Assembly: GCA_900540295.1 (NCBI GenBank)
Contig: UQFM01000002.1
Span: 5,491-69,490, forward strand
Length of the DNA stretch: 64,000 nt
Source of the DNA: an uncultured Oscillospiraceae bacterium
Lineage (GTDB): Bacteria; Bacillota; Clostridia; Oscillospirales; Acutalibacteraceae
Reading direction: 5' to 3'
The translations under genes and the position numbers were made by a program. Below the pieces are notes generated by a model. The model ran no database searches, was not told where the DNA came from, and saw only the letters and a list, made by a program, of their open reading frames with translations. Positions 17,698-27,832 of this stretch are shown one piece after another (the first letter of the stretch is position 1; every line of letters starts with the position of its first letter).

Positions 17698-18419
17698 AAC
17701 ACCAACTCCCGCAATTCTGCGCAGTCCGCTTGTGAGAATCCGTTTTCTGCCAAAATGGCGAACAAATCATTGTCCCGAAAATATTGCAGCAGCGCTTCCA
17801 TATGCGCGGGTGCGGAAGAGAGCATCGGCAGCATTTCTTCGTAATTCGGCATGGATTCCAAAATTTTATGCAGACCGTTGCGGTTGTAGGTGTTCGATAC
17901 CTCGTAATCCGCCAAAATATCCGCGTCATATGCGCCGAGGATTGTCAGCAAAACCGCCGCAAGCACGCCTGTGCGGTCCTTGCCTGCGGTACAGTGAAAA
18001 ATGACCGCGCCGTCCCGAAGTCCTGTTTTCACGGTGTGCAGTGCGGTGCACAGCAAATGCGGTGTTTTGCGCACCATATCGGCGTAGCATTCCGACATAC
18101 TGCGGCGAAATGCCGCGGCGGCGCCCTCGTCTAAATTGTGTATATCCAAATTTTCTTCCTGCATTGGGCAGTGGCAAAGCGCAATGCCGCTTGGCACGCG
18201 GTCAGGAAAGGTTTCCGTTTCGGAAAGACTGCGCAAATCCACTACGGTGCGCACGCCTTTTTGGTACAATACCTGCCATTCTTCGGCGTCCAGTGCGCTT
18301 AACGCGTCTGCGCGGAACAGGCGGTTCCACCGCACCACCCTGCCGCTTTCGGTGACAATGCCGCCCATATCGCGCACATTAAACGCGTGCGGCAAAATCA
18401 GATGTTTGATGCAGTCCAT
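17685..18419 (-). CDS. protein-tyrosine phosphatase family protein (CX5R)
   Basis: HCTAGKDRTG active-site loop. Confidence 0.8.
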   Translation of the reverse strand: MDCIKHLILPHAFNVRDMGGIVTESGRVVRWNRLFRADALSALDAEEWQVLYQKGVRTVVDLRSLSETETFPDRVPSGIALCHCPMQEENLDIHNLDEGAAAAFRRSMSECYADMVRKTPHLLCTALHTVKTGLRDGAVIFHCTAGKDRTGVLAAVLLTILGAYDADILADYEVSNTYNRNGLHKILESMPNYEEMLPMLSSAPAHMEALLQYFRDNDLFAILAENGFSQADCAELRELVLCTA

Positions 18420-18431
18420 AGCATACCCCTC

Positions 18432-20276
18432 TTAATTTTCGATAAAGTACTTTTCATACCAAAGAATGAAGCAGTAGACAGACCAGACCTTTTTCATATT
18501 GTGCGCCGTACCCGCCTTATGGTCGTTCAACAGCTTTAAAATGGAAGCGGTGTTAAAGAATTGTTTCGCTGTGTCGCTTTCGAATTTCTCTTTCACCTGT
18601 GTGTAAAACTCGTCGCGTTTGAGCCAGTCGTTGAGCGGCGTTAAAAAGCCGGTTTTGCGCATTTTTGCGGTTTTTTCGGGCAGCTGCTTTGCCGCCGCCC
18701 CGCGCAGTGCCAATTTGGTGGTCTCCTTGCTGACACGGTAACGCGACGGAATCTGCAATGCGACCTTCAGCATTTCGCGGTCTAAAAACGGCACGCGCAG
18801 TTCTAAGGAGTTCGCCATACTCATACGGTCGGCTTTGACCAAAATATCCTGCACAAGCCAGGTGCGGATGTCCGCATATTGCATTTTTGTGATGTCGTCC
18901 TCGCCCTGTACCTCGTCAAAATACGGTTTCGTAAAGACGGACGGGTCGGGTGCGTTTACGGGTGTTTTAAGAATTTTATTGACTTCGCTGTGGTTAAACA
19001 CATAGTTGTTGCGGATATAGCGTTCCTCAATCGGATGACTGCCGCGTGTTAAAAAGCGCTTGCCGTGGAAATTCGGCAGCTTTGAAGCGACAGATGCCGC
19101 CGCACGGCGAAGTCCCTGCGGCAATTTCATATAGTTTTCAAAATCCAGTGGTTCGCGGTAATAGTGGTAGCCGCCGAACAGCTCGTCTGCACCCTCGCCC
19201 GAAAGCACCACCTTGACCTGCTCGCTGGCAAGGCGCGCCAAGAAATACAGCGCAATCGCCGACGGGTTGGGGAGCGGCTCATCCATATAATACTGCACCT
19301 GCGGCGTAATATTAAAATACTCCTCGGCGGTGATTTTCTTCGTGTAATTCCGCACGCCCTCGGTTTTTGCAAATTCTTCTGCGGCGGCAAGCTCGGAATA
19401 TTTCTCTTCCGCATAGCCTACGGAGAAGGTTTTTACATCGTTGTGCTTTGCCATTTCGTGTACAACGTAGCTCGAATCCACGCCGCTCGACAGGAAACAG
19501 CCGACCTCAACGTCCGCTATCGCGTGCGCTGTGGTAGAGCCTTTAAAGGTTTCGTCAATCCGTGTTTCCCACTCTGCGAGGGATTTTTCGTCGTCAATAT
19601 CGAATTTCGGCGTGAAATACCGTGCGGAGGAAAATTCGCCGTTCTGCCATGTAAAGTACGCACCCGGCTCCATTTTATAGACGTTTTTAAACATCGTCTC
19701 GGTGTCGGGCAGATATTCAAAGCATAAATATTCGGGCAGTCGCTTTTCGTTCAATTCCTTTTTGAATAAAGGATTCGACAGAAAAGACTTGATTTCCGAC
19801 CCGAACAGGAAATTGCCCTCGTTTAAGTAGTAGAAAAACGGCTTGATACCGAAAATATCGCGCGCGCCGAACAGTTTTTTTGCCTGCTTATCCCAAATGA
19901 CAAAGGCAAACATCCCGCGAAGCCGCGGAAGCAAATCCTTGCCCCATTGCTCGTAGCCGTGCAAAAGCACTTCGGAATCCGTTTCGGTTTTGAAGATGTG
20001 ACCCAAGGTCAAAAGCTCTTCGCGAAGCGGGCGGTAGTTGTATATTTCGCCGTTGAACACGAGAACCTTCGAGCCGTCCTCATTGAGAATCGGCTGACTG
20101 CCGCCGTCCAAATCGATGATGCTCAAACGGCGAAAGCCTAAGGAAACGTCGCCGTCCACGTAATAATCGTCCTGGTCGGGGCCGCGGTGGATGATTCTGT
20201 CCGCCATCGCCTTAATGATTTTTTCGTTTTCCGCAATATTTTCGGTACTGTTTACATATCCGACAAATCCACACAT
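18432..20276 (-). CDS. asnB: asparagine synthase (glutamine-hydrolysing) family amidotransferase
   Basis: MCGFVGYV N-terminal nucleophile. 614 aa with the PP-loop SGGVDSS. Confidence 0.9.
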   Translation of the reverse strand: MCGFVGYVNSTENIAENEKIIKAMADRIIHRGPDQDDYYVDGDVSLGFRRLSIIDLDGGSQPILNEDGSKVLVFNGEIYNYRPLREELLTLGHIFKTETDSEVLLHGYEQWGKDLLPRLRGMFAFVIWDKQAKKLFGARDIFGIKPFFYYLNEGNFLFGSEIKSFLSNPLFKKELNEKRLPEYLCFEYLPDTETMFKNVYKMEPGAYFTWQNGEFSSARYFTPKFDIDDEKSLAEWETRIDETFKGSTTAHAIADVEVGCFLSSGVDSSYVVHEMAKHNDVKTFSVGYAEEKYSELAAAEEFAKTEGVRNYTKKITAEEYFNITPQVQYYMDEPLPNPSAIALYFLARLASEQVKVVLSGEGADELFGGYHYYREPLDFENYMKLPQGLRRAAASVASKLPNFHGKRFLTRGSHPIEERYIRNNYVFNHSEVNKILKTPVNAPDPSVFTKPYFDEVQGEDDITKMQYADIRTWLVQDILVKADRMSMANSLELRVPFLDREMLKVALQIPSRYRVSKETTKLALRGAAAKQLPEKTAKMRKTGFLTPLNDWLKRDEFYTQVKEKFESDTAKQFFNTASILKLLNDHKAGTAHNMKKVWSVYCFILWYEKYFIEN

Positions 20277-20291
20277 GGTGCTTACCTCGTT

Positions 20292-21011
20292 TTAGGCTCT
20301 GTCCGCCTTAATATTTTTGCCGCAAAGCGTAATGCTTGCGCGTGCCAGGCATTCCATGGAATCCACGATATCGGCACGGTTTAAATTGAAATCCTTTTTG
20401 ATAACGGAAAGCTCTGTACAGCCTAAAATGACTGCGTCCGAGCCTGCTTTTTTCAGTTCCCCGACGATGCGCAGGAATTCGCAGATATCCACTTTTTCGC
20501 CTGCCTTGACCTGGTCGTAAATGATGTGCATCAGCGATTTTTGGTCATCCTCGTTCGGCACACGGCAGGAAAGTCCGTGCTTTTCAATTATAGATTGGTA
20601 TGCGCCCGACTTTACCGTCCCTTCCGTCGCCAAAATGCCGAGCGTTTTCAGATTCGGCACGGTTTTTTCGGCATAGGAAACGGTTTCTTCTAAAATGTTA
20701 ATAATCGGGACGGATACGCTTTTTTGAATTTCATCAAAGAAATAGTGCGCGGTATTGCAGGGAATTACAATGTAATCACAGTCGTCGCGCTCCAACTGCT
20801 GTGCATCCGCAATCATAACGGGCAGGGGGTTAGGTTTCGTGTTGTCCAAAATATATTCCGTGCGGTCAGGAATGGACGCGTGATTTAAAATTACCATAGC
20901 AATATGCTCTTGGTCGCTTTTGGCGTCCGTCATTTTAATGACCAAATCGGCAAAATAGATGGTTGCAAGCGGACCGACGCCGCCCAAAATGCCCAAAACT
21001 TTTTCTTTCAT
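20292..21011 (-). CDS. aspartate/glutamate racemase family protein (likely aspartate racemase)
   Basis: GILGGVGPLAT and PCNTAHYF motifs. 239 aa. Confidence 0.8.
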   Translation of the reverse strand: MKEKVLGILGGVGPLATIYFADLVIKMTDAKSDQEHIAMVILNHASIPDRTEYILDNTKPNPLPVMIADAQQLERDDCDYIVIPCNTAHYFFDEIQKSVSVPIINILEETVSYAEKTVPNLKTLGILATEGTVKSGAYQSIIEKHGLSCRVPNEDDQKSLMHIIYDQVKAGEKVDICEFLRIVGELKKAGSDAVILGCTELSVIKKDFNLNRADIVDSMECLARASITLCGKNIKADRA

Positions 21012-21020
21012 AGCTGTTCC

Positions 21021-22232
21021 TTAAAAATATTTATGGAATTTGCGGTACTGGTTGAAAAGTGCCGCTACGGCGTAGAACCAATGCTTCAGATTCTTATCCG
21101 CTTTGTAAAGCAGAGGGTAAGACACTTTGCCCGCCTTGAACAGTGCCTTTGCCTGCGCTTTCAATTCGGGGTCGGAAACGTATTTCATAATGACGCCCTT
21201 CGGCACAACGGTATACAGATGGATATTGTCCGCCACGGTGTATTCAGGCAGGTTGTTGTAAATATAGTCGTCCACAATCCACTTTACGGTGTTGAAGCCG
21301 CTGCCTGTAACATAGAAGCTACTGCGCCCTAAACGCACGTTGATTTCAAAGAATTTGTATTTCCCGTCGCGGCGGTCATATTTAATATCGAAATTCGCAA
21401 AGCCGACATAGCCGATATGCTCCAAAAACTTGGTCGCCGCCGCCACGATTTCGGGATTCACTTCATTGATAATTGCCACAGGGTTGCCGATTGCCGTCGG
21501 CGTGTGGTCTTCCAACAGCGTGCGCCCGAGAGAGGCGAACCGCACCTTGGAATTTTGGTCGCAGTAGCAGGTCAGTACGCGCATATAGGTGTCGTCCCCG
21601 GGGATTTTGTCCTGAATCAGGAACTTGTAGTCATAGCTTGACTGCTCCAAATTGCCGAGCATTTCGCGTAAAGACGCTTCGTTGTCAAAGCTGAACACTT
21701 TTTTCTTGCCGGGGAATTTCGCGTAGTGATACATAGCGGAGTTCGCGGGCTTTGCAATGACGGGGTATTGAAATTTAAAGCTTAAATCGTTTTCTTCCCC
21801 GCAGGTGTAGGTGTAGGTCTCGGGATAATCCAACCCCAATTCCTCAAAAATCTCATAGAACTTGTCCTTCAAAACGATTTTATTAAGCAATTCCTCGTCA
21901 ATATAGGGTACAATGTAATAGGGCTGTAAAACCGCTTTGCTTTCAATCAGCGCACGGACGTACCAGTCACCGCAGCCGAGTACAATCAGCTTCTTTTTGC
22001 CCTCAAATTCCCGCCCGACTTCCAAAAGACGTTCTACAAGAACTTCCTTTTTTTCGAGCCCCTCGAACACACGGTTTTCAATAATGTCGGAATTGGCGAT
22101 GTACCCGCCCTCGGACATACTCAACACGAGCGATTTGATGCCGTATTCCTCATGGAAACTGCGCGCTAAGGAATAGGCGGTAATATCCGCACCCAAAATC
22201 ACGGGTAAAAATTCTCTTTCCTGAAATTGCAT
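21021..22232 (-). CDS. ATP-grasp carboxylate-amine ligase (D-aspartate ligase-like)
   Basis: ATP-grasp signatures VIAKPANS...G and FEINVRLGRSS. Immediately upstream of the racemase, as in the enterococcal/lactococcal asl-rac pairs. Confidence 0.7.
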   Translation of the reverse strand: MQFQEREFLPVILGADITAYSLARSFHEEYGIKSLVLSMSEGGYIANSDIIENRVFEGLEKKEVLVERLLEVGREFEGKKKLIVLGCGDWYVRALIESKAVLQPYYIVPYIDEELLNKIVLKDKFYEIFEELGLDYPETYTYTCGEENDLSFKFQYPVIAKPANSAMYHYAKFPGKKKVFSFDNEASLREMLGNLEQSSYDYKFLIQDKIPGDDTYMRVLTCYCDQNSKVRFASLGRTLLEDHTPTAIGNPVAIINEVNPEIVAAATKFLEHIGYVGFANFDIKYDRRDGKYKFFEINVRLGRSSFYVTGSGFNTVKWIVDDYIYNNLPEYTVADNIHLYTVVPKGVIMKYVSDPELKAQAKALFKAGKVSYPLLYKADKNLKHWFYAVAALFNQYRKFHKYF

Positions 22233-22409
22233 AAAACGACCTTCTTTGATTTCACATCCGCAGATTTTTTCGGAGAACCTACAGGAATATTATGTATCTG
22301 TATATTATAAGATATTACCTATTATATGTCAAATATAAGACGAAGTTTTTTGCGGGTCTTACGGGGAAAAGCAAATTTGGATTCTGTTTGCCGAAAAGCA
22401 AAAGGCATA

Positions 22410-22438
22410 TTGACAATCGTACAGAATTTCTTTATAAT
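22410..22438 (+). promoter_or_regulatory. perfect consensus sigma-A promoter upstream of the Fic gene
   Basis: TTGACA, 17 nt, TATAAT (22410-22415 / 22433-22438). Confidence 0.6.
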
Positions 22439-22481
22439 GATACAAAATAGTATCAATAATAATCAGTTCGGAGCGTGCGAA

Positions 22482-23639
22482 ATGGATGCCATTCGATTTT
22501 CTGAAATGCTGTCAGACAAGCATTTTGTCGATTTTAAAAAGTTAAAATATAAATATCCGAATGATTTCAGCGCATTTTTAGAGGTTTTGAAGCATTCTTA
22601 CTACACCCGTCTGCCGATATGCGATTTTAAAGGTGAAAATTTGGTCTATTTAAATGCTTGCATAGGCGTAAATTTGGAGACGGTGAAACTGCTTTATACG
22701 CCGCAAAACGCGGCATTCGGCGTAAAAGCGCTGGAAGAGGAAATTGTTGCAACCTCTTTAATAGAGAGCATTGACTTTAACCGCGACAGTGTCCGCAGGA
22801 TTCTGAAGGGATTTGCACCGCAGGATGAGGAAGAGGACAGGATTTTAGGTCTGAAGCGCGGATTTGAATTTATCAGCAACCGTGAGAATACGATAACGGA
22901 AGAAAATCTGTTTAAACTTTACAAAATGTCTATCGGCAATTTTTTGGAGGCGGAAAATCAGTTGCAGGCAGGGCGTTTGTACCGTCACGACGCAGTATTT
23001 GTGTTGAGTGATAAAGTGGAACACAGAGGCATCGACCATCGCAAACTGCCGCGCTGTATGAAAGACCTTGTCGGGTTTGCCAATGCAAAGGACGGGATAA
23101 ACGATTTGCTGAAAGCGGCAATGCTGCATTTTTATATCGCTTTCCTGCATCCGTATTTTGACGGAAACGGCAGAATGGCGCGTTTTGTGCATATGTGGTT
23201 TTTAATTCAGAAAGGGTACGCCTCTACACTGTTTGTGCCGTTTTCAAGTTATATTGAAAAAAGCAAAAAAAAATATTATGATGCGTTCACTTTTGCGGAA
23301 GAGAATTTCAAATTGTCCGATGTTATAGATGTCACGCCGTTTCTTTTGTATTTCATCGAGCATGTGTACGGCAAAATGACGAAAGACGCCGTACAGCCCC
23401 GCACCTTAGAGGCATACCGCGACGCGCTCGCCGCAGGCAGACTGACGGAAAAGGAAGCCAAGCTGTGGCAATTTGTTTTATCTGCATATGCAGGAACGTC
23501 GTTCACAACCAAACAGCTCGAAAAGGACTTCGGCGACGCCGCGTTTGCGACTGTCCGCAGTTTTGTATTGAAATTTACGGATTTAGGACTGTTGCACGCG
23601 CAGAAAATGAAAAATAAGGTTTTATACAGCGTGCGGTAA
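22482..23639 (+). CDS. Fic family protein (AMPylase/Doc-Fic fold)
   Basis: Fic motif HPYFDGNGRMAR. The start was taken at MDAIRF, so the upstream part of ORF 22326.. is treated as untranslated. C-terminal winged-helix-like tail. Confidence 0.8.
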   Translation: MDAIRFSEMLSDKHFVDFKKLKYKYPNDFSAFLEVLKHSYYTRLPICDFKGENLVYLNACIGVNLETVKLLYTPQNAAFGVKALEEEIVATSLIESIDFNRDSVRRILKGFAPQDEEEDRILGLKRGFEFISNRENTITEENLFKLYKMSIGNFLEAENQLQAGRLYRHDAVFVLSDKVEHRGIDHRKLPRCMKDLVGFANAKDGINDLLKAAMLHFYIAFLHPYFDGNGRMARFVHMWFLIQKGYASTLFVPFSSYIEKSKKKYYDAFTFAEENFKLSDVIDVTPFLLYFIEHVYGKMTKDAVQPRTLEAYRDALAAGRLTEKEAKLWQFVLSAYAGTSFTTKQLEKDFGDAAFATVRSFVLKFTDLGLLHAQKMKNKVLYSVR

Positions 23640-23653
23640 AGGAGAAAACAGTT

Positions 23654-24388
23654 ATGCAAAAAACAGCAATCATCACAGGCGGCGCGACGGGCATCGGGCG
23701 GGCGGTTTCGCTGGCGTTTGCCCGTGCGGGATATGCGGTTGCGGTGCTTTACAAAACCTCGGAAACGGCGGCGCAGGCGCTGGTTCGGGAAATTGAAAAC
23801 GGTGGGGGACGCGCGGTTGCCGTATCTTGCGATGTGCGGGACAGTGCGTCTGTACAAAACGCTGTCGATACCGTACGTGAAAAGCTCGGCAAAACCGATG
23901 CGCTTGTCAACAACGCGGGCATATCCGAACAGCTTCTGTTTACCGATATTACGGATGAAAAATGGGCGGATATGCTGTCGGTACATTTGACAGGCGCATT
24001 TTATATGACGCGCGCGGTTCTGCCCGATATGCTGCATCAAAAGTACGGGCGCATCGTGAATATTGCCTCGATGTGGGGGGAGACGGGCGGCTCGTGCGAG
24101 GTGCATTATTCGGCGGCAAAAGCGGGGCTTATCGGTATGACGAAAGCGCTTGCCAAAGAGCTTGCGCCGTCGGGCATTACAGTCAATGCGGTATCCCCCG
24201 GGGCGGTGGATACCGATATGATGCGGCGTATGGGCGCGGACGTCTGCCGTGCGGTCGCCGAGGAGACGCCGACGGAGCGCTTGGGCACCCCCGAGGAAAT
24301 CGCGGCGGCGGTACTGTTTTTGGCGGGGGAAAATGCGGGGTACATCACGGGGCAGACGCTGTCCGTTAACGGCGGAGCAGTAATTTAG
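23654..24388 (+). CDS. SDR family oxidoreductase (FabG-like)
   Basis: TGGATGIG Rossmann motif and the YSAAK catalytic motif. Confidence 0.85.
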   Translation: MQKTAIITGGATGIGRAVSLAFARAGYAVAVLYKTSETAAQALVREIENGGGRAVAVSCDVRDSASVQNAVDTVREKLGKTDALVNNAGISEQLLFTDITDEKWADMLSVHLTGAFYMTRAVLPDMLHQKYGRIVNIASMWGETGGSCEVHYSAAKAGLIGMTKALAKELAPSGITVNAVSPGAVDTDMMRRMGADVCRAVAEETPTERLGTPEEIAAAVLFLAGENAGYITGQTLSVNGGAVI

Positions 24389-24481
24389 GCAGTAAAATTC
24401 GGGAAACTTTACTATTTTCCCGAAACAAGTTCTTGCTTTTCTGTGCAAAATACGATATGATTATAGCAATAAAATTCCCCC

Positions 24482-25423
24482 TTGGGCGATTCTTTTTGCA
24501 GAGAGTTGTCCTTTAGTGAGGTTTGTATTTTGGAAAACAAGAATGTTTTATCCGCCTTATCAGGTGGTATATATCTTTCAGAGCTCAATTTAGCCGGCAC
24601 GCATGACAGCGCGACGGCTTTTTGCGCATTTTCACGGCTTGCAAAATGCCAAACGCATACGTTCCGAGAACAGTTAAATATGGGTGTGCGGCTGTTGGAT
24701 ATCCGCCTGTGCCGCACGGGTAACCGCTTTTATTTGGTGCATGGGAAAGCGAATTGCTATCGGGATGCATCCAAAAAAGAACGCCTGACCTTTGACGAGG
24801 TGTTCGGGATTCTGAAAGCATTTTTGCAGGAGAATCCACGCGAAACAGTGGTTTTGAGTATCAAGCAGGACAGAGGCTGTCTGCAACAGCCGTTTTTCAA
24901 GGCGTTTTACAACCAATATATTCGCGGACAGGAAAACCTGTGGTATTTGGAAAACCGTGTGCCGCGCCTGTCGGAGTGCTGCGGGAAGCTGGTGCTGCTG
25001 CGCCGCTGTAAAAAGGCAGAATCCTTTGAAAATATAAATTCGTGCGGATTGGATTTTTCCGTGTGGGAGGACCAAGCGTCCCGCACCGAGACCGCGCCGC
25101 TGACGGTCACGCAGTCTGCGGATTGCTGTGCATCGGTGCAGGACCGTTATCGCCTTGCACCCGAACGGAAATGGATGGACTGTGAAAAGCCGTTTTTGGA
25201 ATCGGCGCGTCCGTCGCCGCACAAAATATATCTGCACTATTTAAGCACCTGCGGCGGGGGCGGTGTTCCCGAGGAAAACGCGGTGTATGTGAATGCGCAG
25301 TTCTCGGAATATCCGTTGCCGAAAGACCGCGCGTGCGGGTGGTTTTTCCTTGATTTCCCGACCGAAGCGCTTTGTGACAAAATTATGCGCTCCAATTTAG
25401 ATCTGTGGGGGGATAAAGTATGA
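24482..25423 (+). CDS. PI-PLC X-domain phospholipase C-like protein
   Basis: GTHDSAT motif. The start is uncertain; TTG is used in the ORF track. Confidence 0.6.
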   Translation: MGDSFCRELSFSEVCILENKNVLSALSGGIYLSELNLAGTHDSATAFCAFSRLAKCQTHTFREQLNMGVRLLDIRLCRTGNRFYLVHGKANCYRDASKKERLTFDEVFGILKAFLQENPRETVVLSIKQDRGCLQQPFFKAFYNQYIRGQENLWYLENRVPRLSECCGKLVLLRRCKKAESFENINSCGLDFSVWEDQASRTETAPLTVTQSADCCASVQDRYRLAPERKWMDCEKPFLESARPSPHKIYLHYLSTCGGGGVPEENAVYVNAQFSEYPLPKDRACGWFFLDFPTEALCDKIMRSNLDLWGDKV

Positions 25424-26385
25424 AAACCGCAGGGATAGTACTTTTGATTTTGCTCGGCGTGCTCCTTTTGATTCTGTTTTTGGGCTGTGCGTTTGTGTTC
25501 AATCAGCTCGTTTGGCGCAAAACAATTCCTGTGCCGAAATTTATTGAAAAAATGATTGCGGGCAATGAAACGGCAGATACCGTTTATGAGGCGGATGCAA
25601 AAACCGCCAAAGCCGAATTTTGCGCATTGCCGCGCGAGGATGTTGTTTTGATTGCGCCCGACGGTGCGAAGCTCATCGGGCGTGTGCTTGTGCCCGAACA
25701 CCCGAACGGCAGAACCATGCTTTTATGCCACGGCGCGCGCAGTTCGGGGCTGGGGGAATATCGTTTCATGGCGCCGTATCTTTATAAAAACGGCTACACC
25801 TTGGTCATTCCCGACCATCGCGGATGCGGCGAGAGCGACGGAAAATATATGGGCTACGGCACGCACGAATCCAAAGATACCTTTTTGTGGCTGCGCTACG
25901 CGAAGGAGCGTTTTCCCGAAAACAGCATTTTCCTGTTGGGAGTTTCCATGGGCGCGGCAACCGTTTTGATGATGAGCAATCATTTGGAAGATACGGCGGT
26001 CAAAGGCGTGATTGCCGACTGCCCGTACACCTCGGCGTGGGATGAATTCTCTTATCAGATTCACACTTCTTTCCGGTTGCCCGATTTCCCGTTTTTACAT
26101 ATTTGTGATTTATACAGCCGTCTGTTTTGCGGCTATGGCTTTAAAGCCGCGTCCTCGCTGGACGCTGTAAAGTGCGCAAAAAAGCCGATTCTGTTCATTC
26201 ACGGTGCGGCGGACGATTTTGTGCCGACCTTTATGCAGGATATTCTGTTTGACGCATGCCCGACAGAGAAAGAAAATCTGACGGTTGACGGCGCGGTACA
26301 CGCACGCAGTTATTACACGAATCCCGAAGCCTATAACGCGGCTCTGTTGCAATTTATGGAAAAATATGACGGAGAACACAAATGA
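25420..26385 (+). CDS. alpha/beta hydrolase with N-terminal TM anchor
   Basis: GVSMGAA nucleophile elbow. Catalytic Asp/His region in the C-terminus. Confidence 0.75.
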   Translation: MKTAGIVLLILLGVLLLILFLGCAFVFNQLVWRKTIPVPKFIEKMIAGNETADTVYEADAKTAKAEFCALPREDVVLIAPDGAKLIGRVLVPEHPNGRTMLLCHGARSSGLGEYRFMAPYLYKNGYTLVIPDHRGCGESDGKYMGYGTHESKDTFLWLRYAKERFPENSIFLLGVSMGAATVLMMSNHLEDTAVKGVIADCPYTSAWDEFSYQIHTSFRLPDFPFLHICDLYSRLFCGYGFKAASSLDAVKCAKKPILFIHGAADDFVPTFMQDILFDACPTEKENLTVDGAVHARSYYTNPEAYNAALLQFMEKYDGEHK

Positions 26386-26846
26386 AAACCCTTTTGGAAA
26401 CGCGGGTGCATTTAACGCCCGCTATGGAAAAAACAAATATTTCGTTGCCGTTTTGTGTACCCGAAAACGCGAAGCAGTTACGAATTACATACAGCTATGC
26501 CCCGAAGGAGCTATCGGGCGCGGCGGGGGCGAAGCTTTCAGAGGACTGTCTTTTGCGCGATGCGGGCGCATTTCGCGGGGAATACCCTGCGGCGGACCGC
26601 TTTTTGCCGCTGAAAAATCTGGTGACGCTGTCTTTAGACGACCCGCGCGGGTACCGCGGTGCGGCACACCGCCAAGCGCCGCGGCAGGTGCACAAACTGT
26701 CTGAATCCAAAGCCTCTCCGGGCTTTTACAAAGGCGCAATTTCGGCGGGGGAATGGAAGCTTACCTTAAATGTACACGCATTGGTGACGGAATTTTGCGA
26801 CTGTGCAATTCAAATCGAAGCAGAGGCGGGTGAAGGGAATGCTTGA
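26382..26846 (+). CDS. hypothetical protein
   Basis: 154-aa ORF translationally coupled to both neighbours. Confidence 0.5.
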   Translation: MKTLLETRVHLTPAMEKTNISLPFCVPENAKQLRITYSYAPKELSGAAGAKLSEDCLLRDAGAFRGEYPAADRFLPLKNLVTLSLDDPRGYRGAAHRQAPRQVHKLSESKASPGFYKGAISAGEWKLTLNVHALVTEFCDCAIQIEAEAGEGNA

Positions 26847-27810
26847 TGCCAAAAACTGGTTCGCCTGTGAACTGCACTGCCACACCGTCCACAGCGACGG
26901 CGATTTTACGGCGGAAACCCTGCTTGCGACGGCGCGGGAACGAAAATTAGACGGCATTTGCCTGACTGACCACAACACGCAGTCGGGCGTGCCTGAAGCA
27001 CAGGCAATCGGCACGCTTCCCGTACTCGGCGGGATGGAATGGACAACATATTTCGGGCATATGCCCGTACTCGATTGCAAGCGTGACGTAGACTGGCGGG
27101 ACGCACTGCCCGATACGATTGACGAAAAACTGCGGCAGGTGCATGAAAACGGCGGTATCTGCGGCGTAGCGCATCCGTTTCAAATCGGAACGCCGATTTG
27201 CACGGGCGGGCATTGGGATTATAATGTGCAGGATTGGGCGCTTGTCAATTATATGGAAATCTGGTCGGAGGGTGCGCCGTATTTAAACACGGCAAACCGC
27301 CGCGCCATCCGGCTTTGGGAGTCGATTCTTGACCGAGGCTTTCATTTAACGCCCACCTTCGGGCGCGATTGGCACAGACCGACTAAGAATATATACCCTG
27401 CGGCGTGCACGTATTTACTGTGCGACGGCAAAGATTTAACGCCTGAAAACATGAAGACGGCAATCCTTGCGGGACGCACAGTCGTTTCGGCAGGGCCGCT
27501 GTTTTATTTCGAAACGGAAACAGGCGCGACAGTCGGCGATACCGTGCAGTCGGGCGAAACCGTATTTTGTATCCATACAAATACGGCGCGTGCCGAGTCC
27601 GTACCGCATAGTGACAGGTACACACCGAAAACGGTACGTGTTTTTACAAACGGCGGGGAACTGCTTGCGGAACAGCCTTTCTGCGGCGGGGAACTGCAAA
27701 TGACACTGCCGCTTGTGCCTGCGCATTGGTACCGTGCGGAGCTTTGGGGCGAAATTAACGGCGAAGAAAACTGTCAGCTCGCCGTAACCGCACCGATATA
27801 TACCGCCTGA
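26839..27810 (+). CDS. PHP-domain metallohydrolase (CehA/McbA-like)
   Basis: ELHCHTVHSDGD and CLTDHN metal-binding motifs. Confidence 0.75.
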   Translation: MLDAKNWFACELHCHTVHSDGDFTAETLLATARERKLDGICLTDHNTQSGVPEAQAIGTLPVLGGMEWTTYFGHMPVLDCKRDVDWRDALPDTIDEKLRQVHENGGICGVAHPFQIGTPICTGGHWDYNVQDWALVNYMEIWSEGAPYLNTANRRAIRLWESILDRGFHLTPTFGRDWHRPTKNIYPAACTYLLCDGKDLTPENMKTAILAGRTVVSAGPLFYFETETGATVGDTVQSGETVFCIHTNTARAESVPHSDRYTPKTVRVFTNGGELLAEQPFCGGELQMTLPLVPAHWYRAELWGEINGEENCQLAVTAPIYTA

Positions 27811-27832
27811 CCGCGTACCAATACAAACCAGT

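Noticed and set aside
17357-17929. ORF 17357..17929(-) and similar ORFs spanning repeat clusters (11465..11710, 7739..8008, 44273..44458)
   Set aside because: They read through REP-like elements (the recurring ..RFFASLRMT.. translation) and overlap real genes. They are not coding.
23276-24448. Long antisense ORFs, for example 23276..24448(-), 33086..33712(-), 37561..38412(-), 44328..45533(+), 54861..55541(-), 60613..61479(-), 62400..63488(-)
   Set aside because: They lie opposite well-supported genes with clear homolog signatures. They are Arg/Cys/His-rich with no motifs. Such open frames are typical in high-GC DNA.
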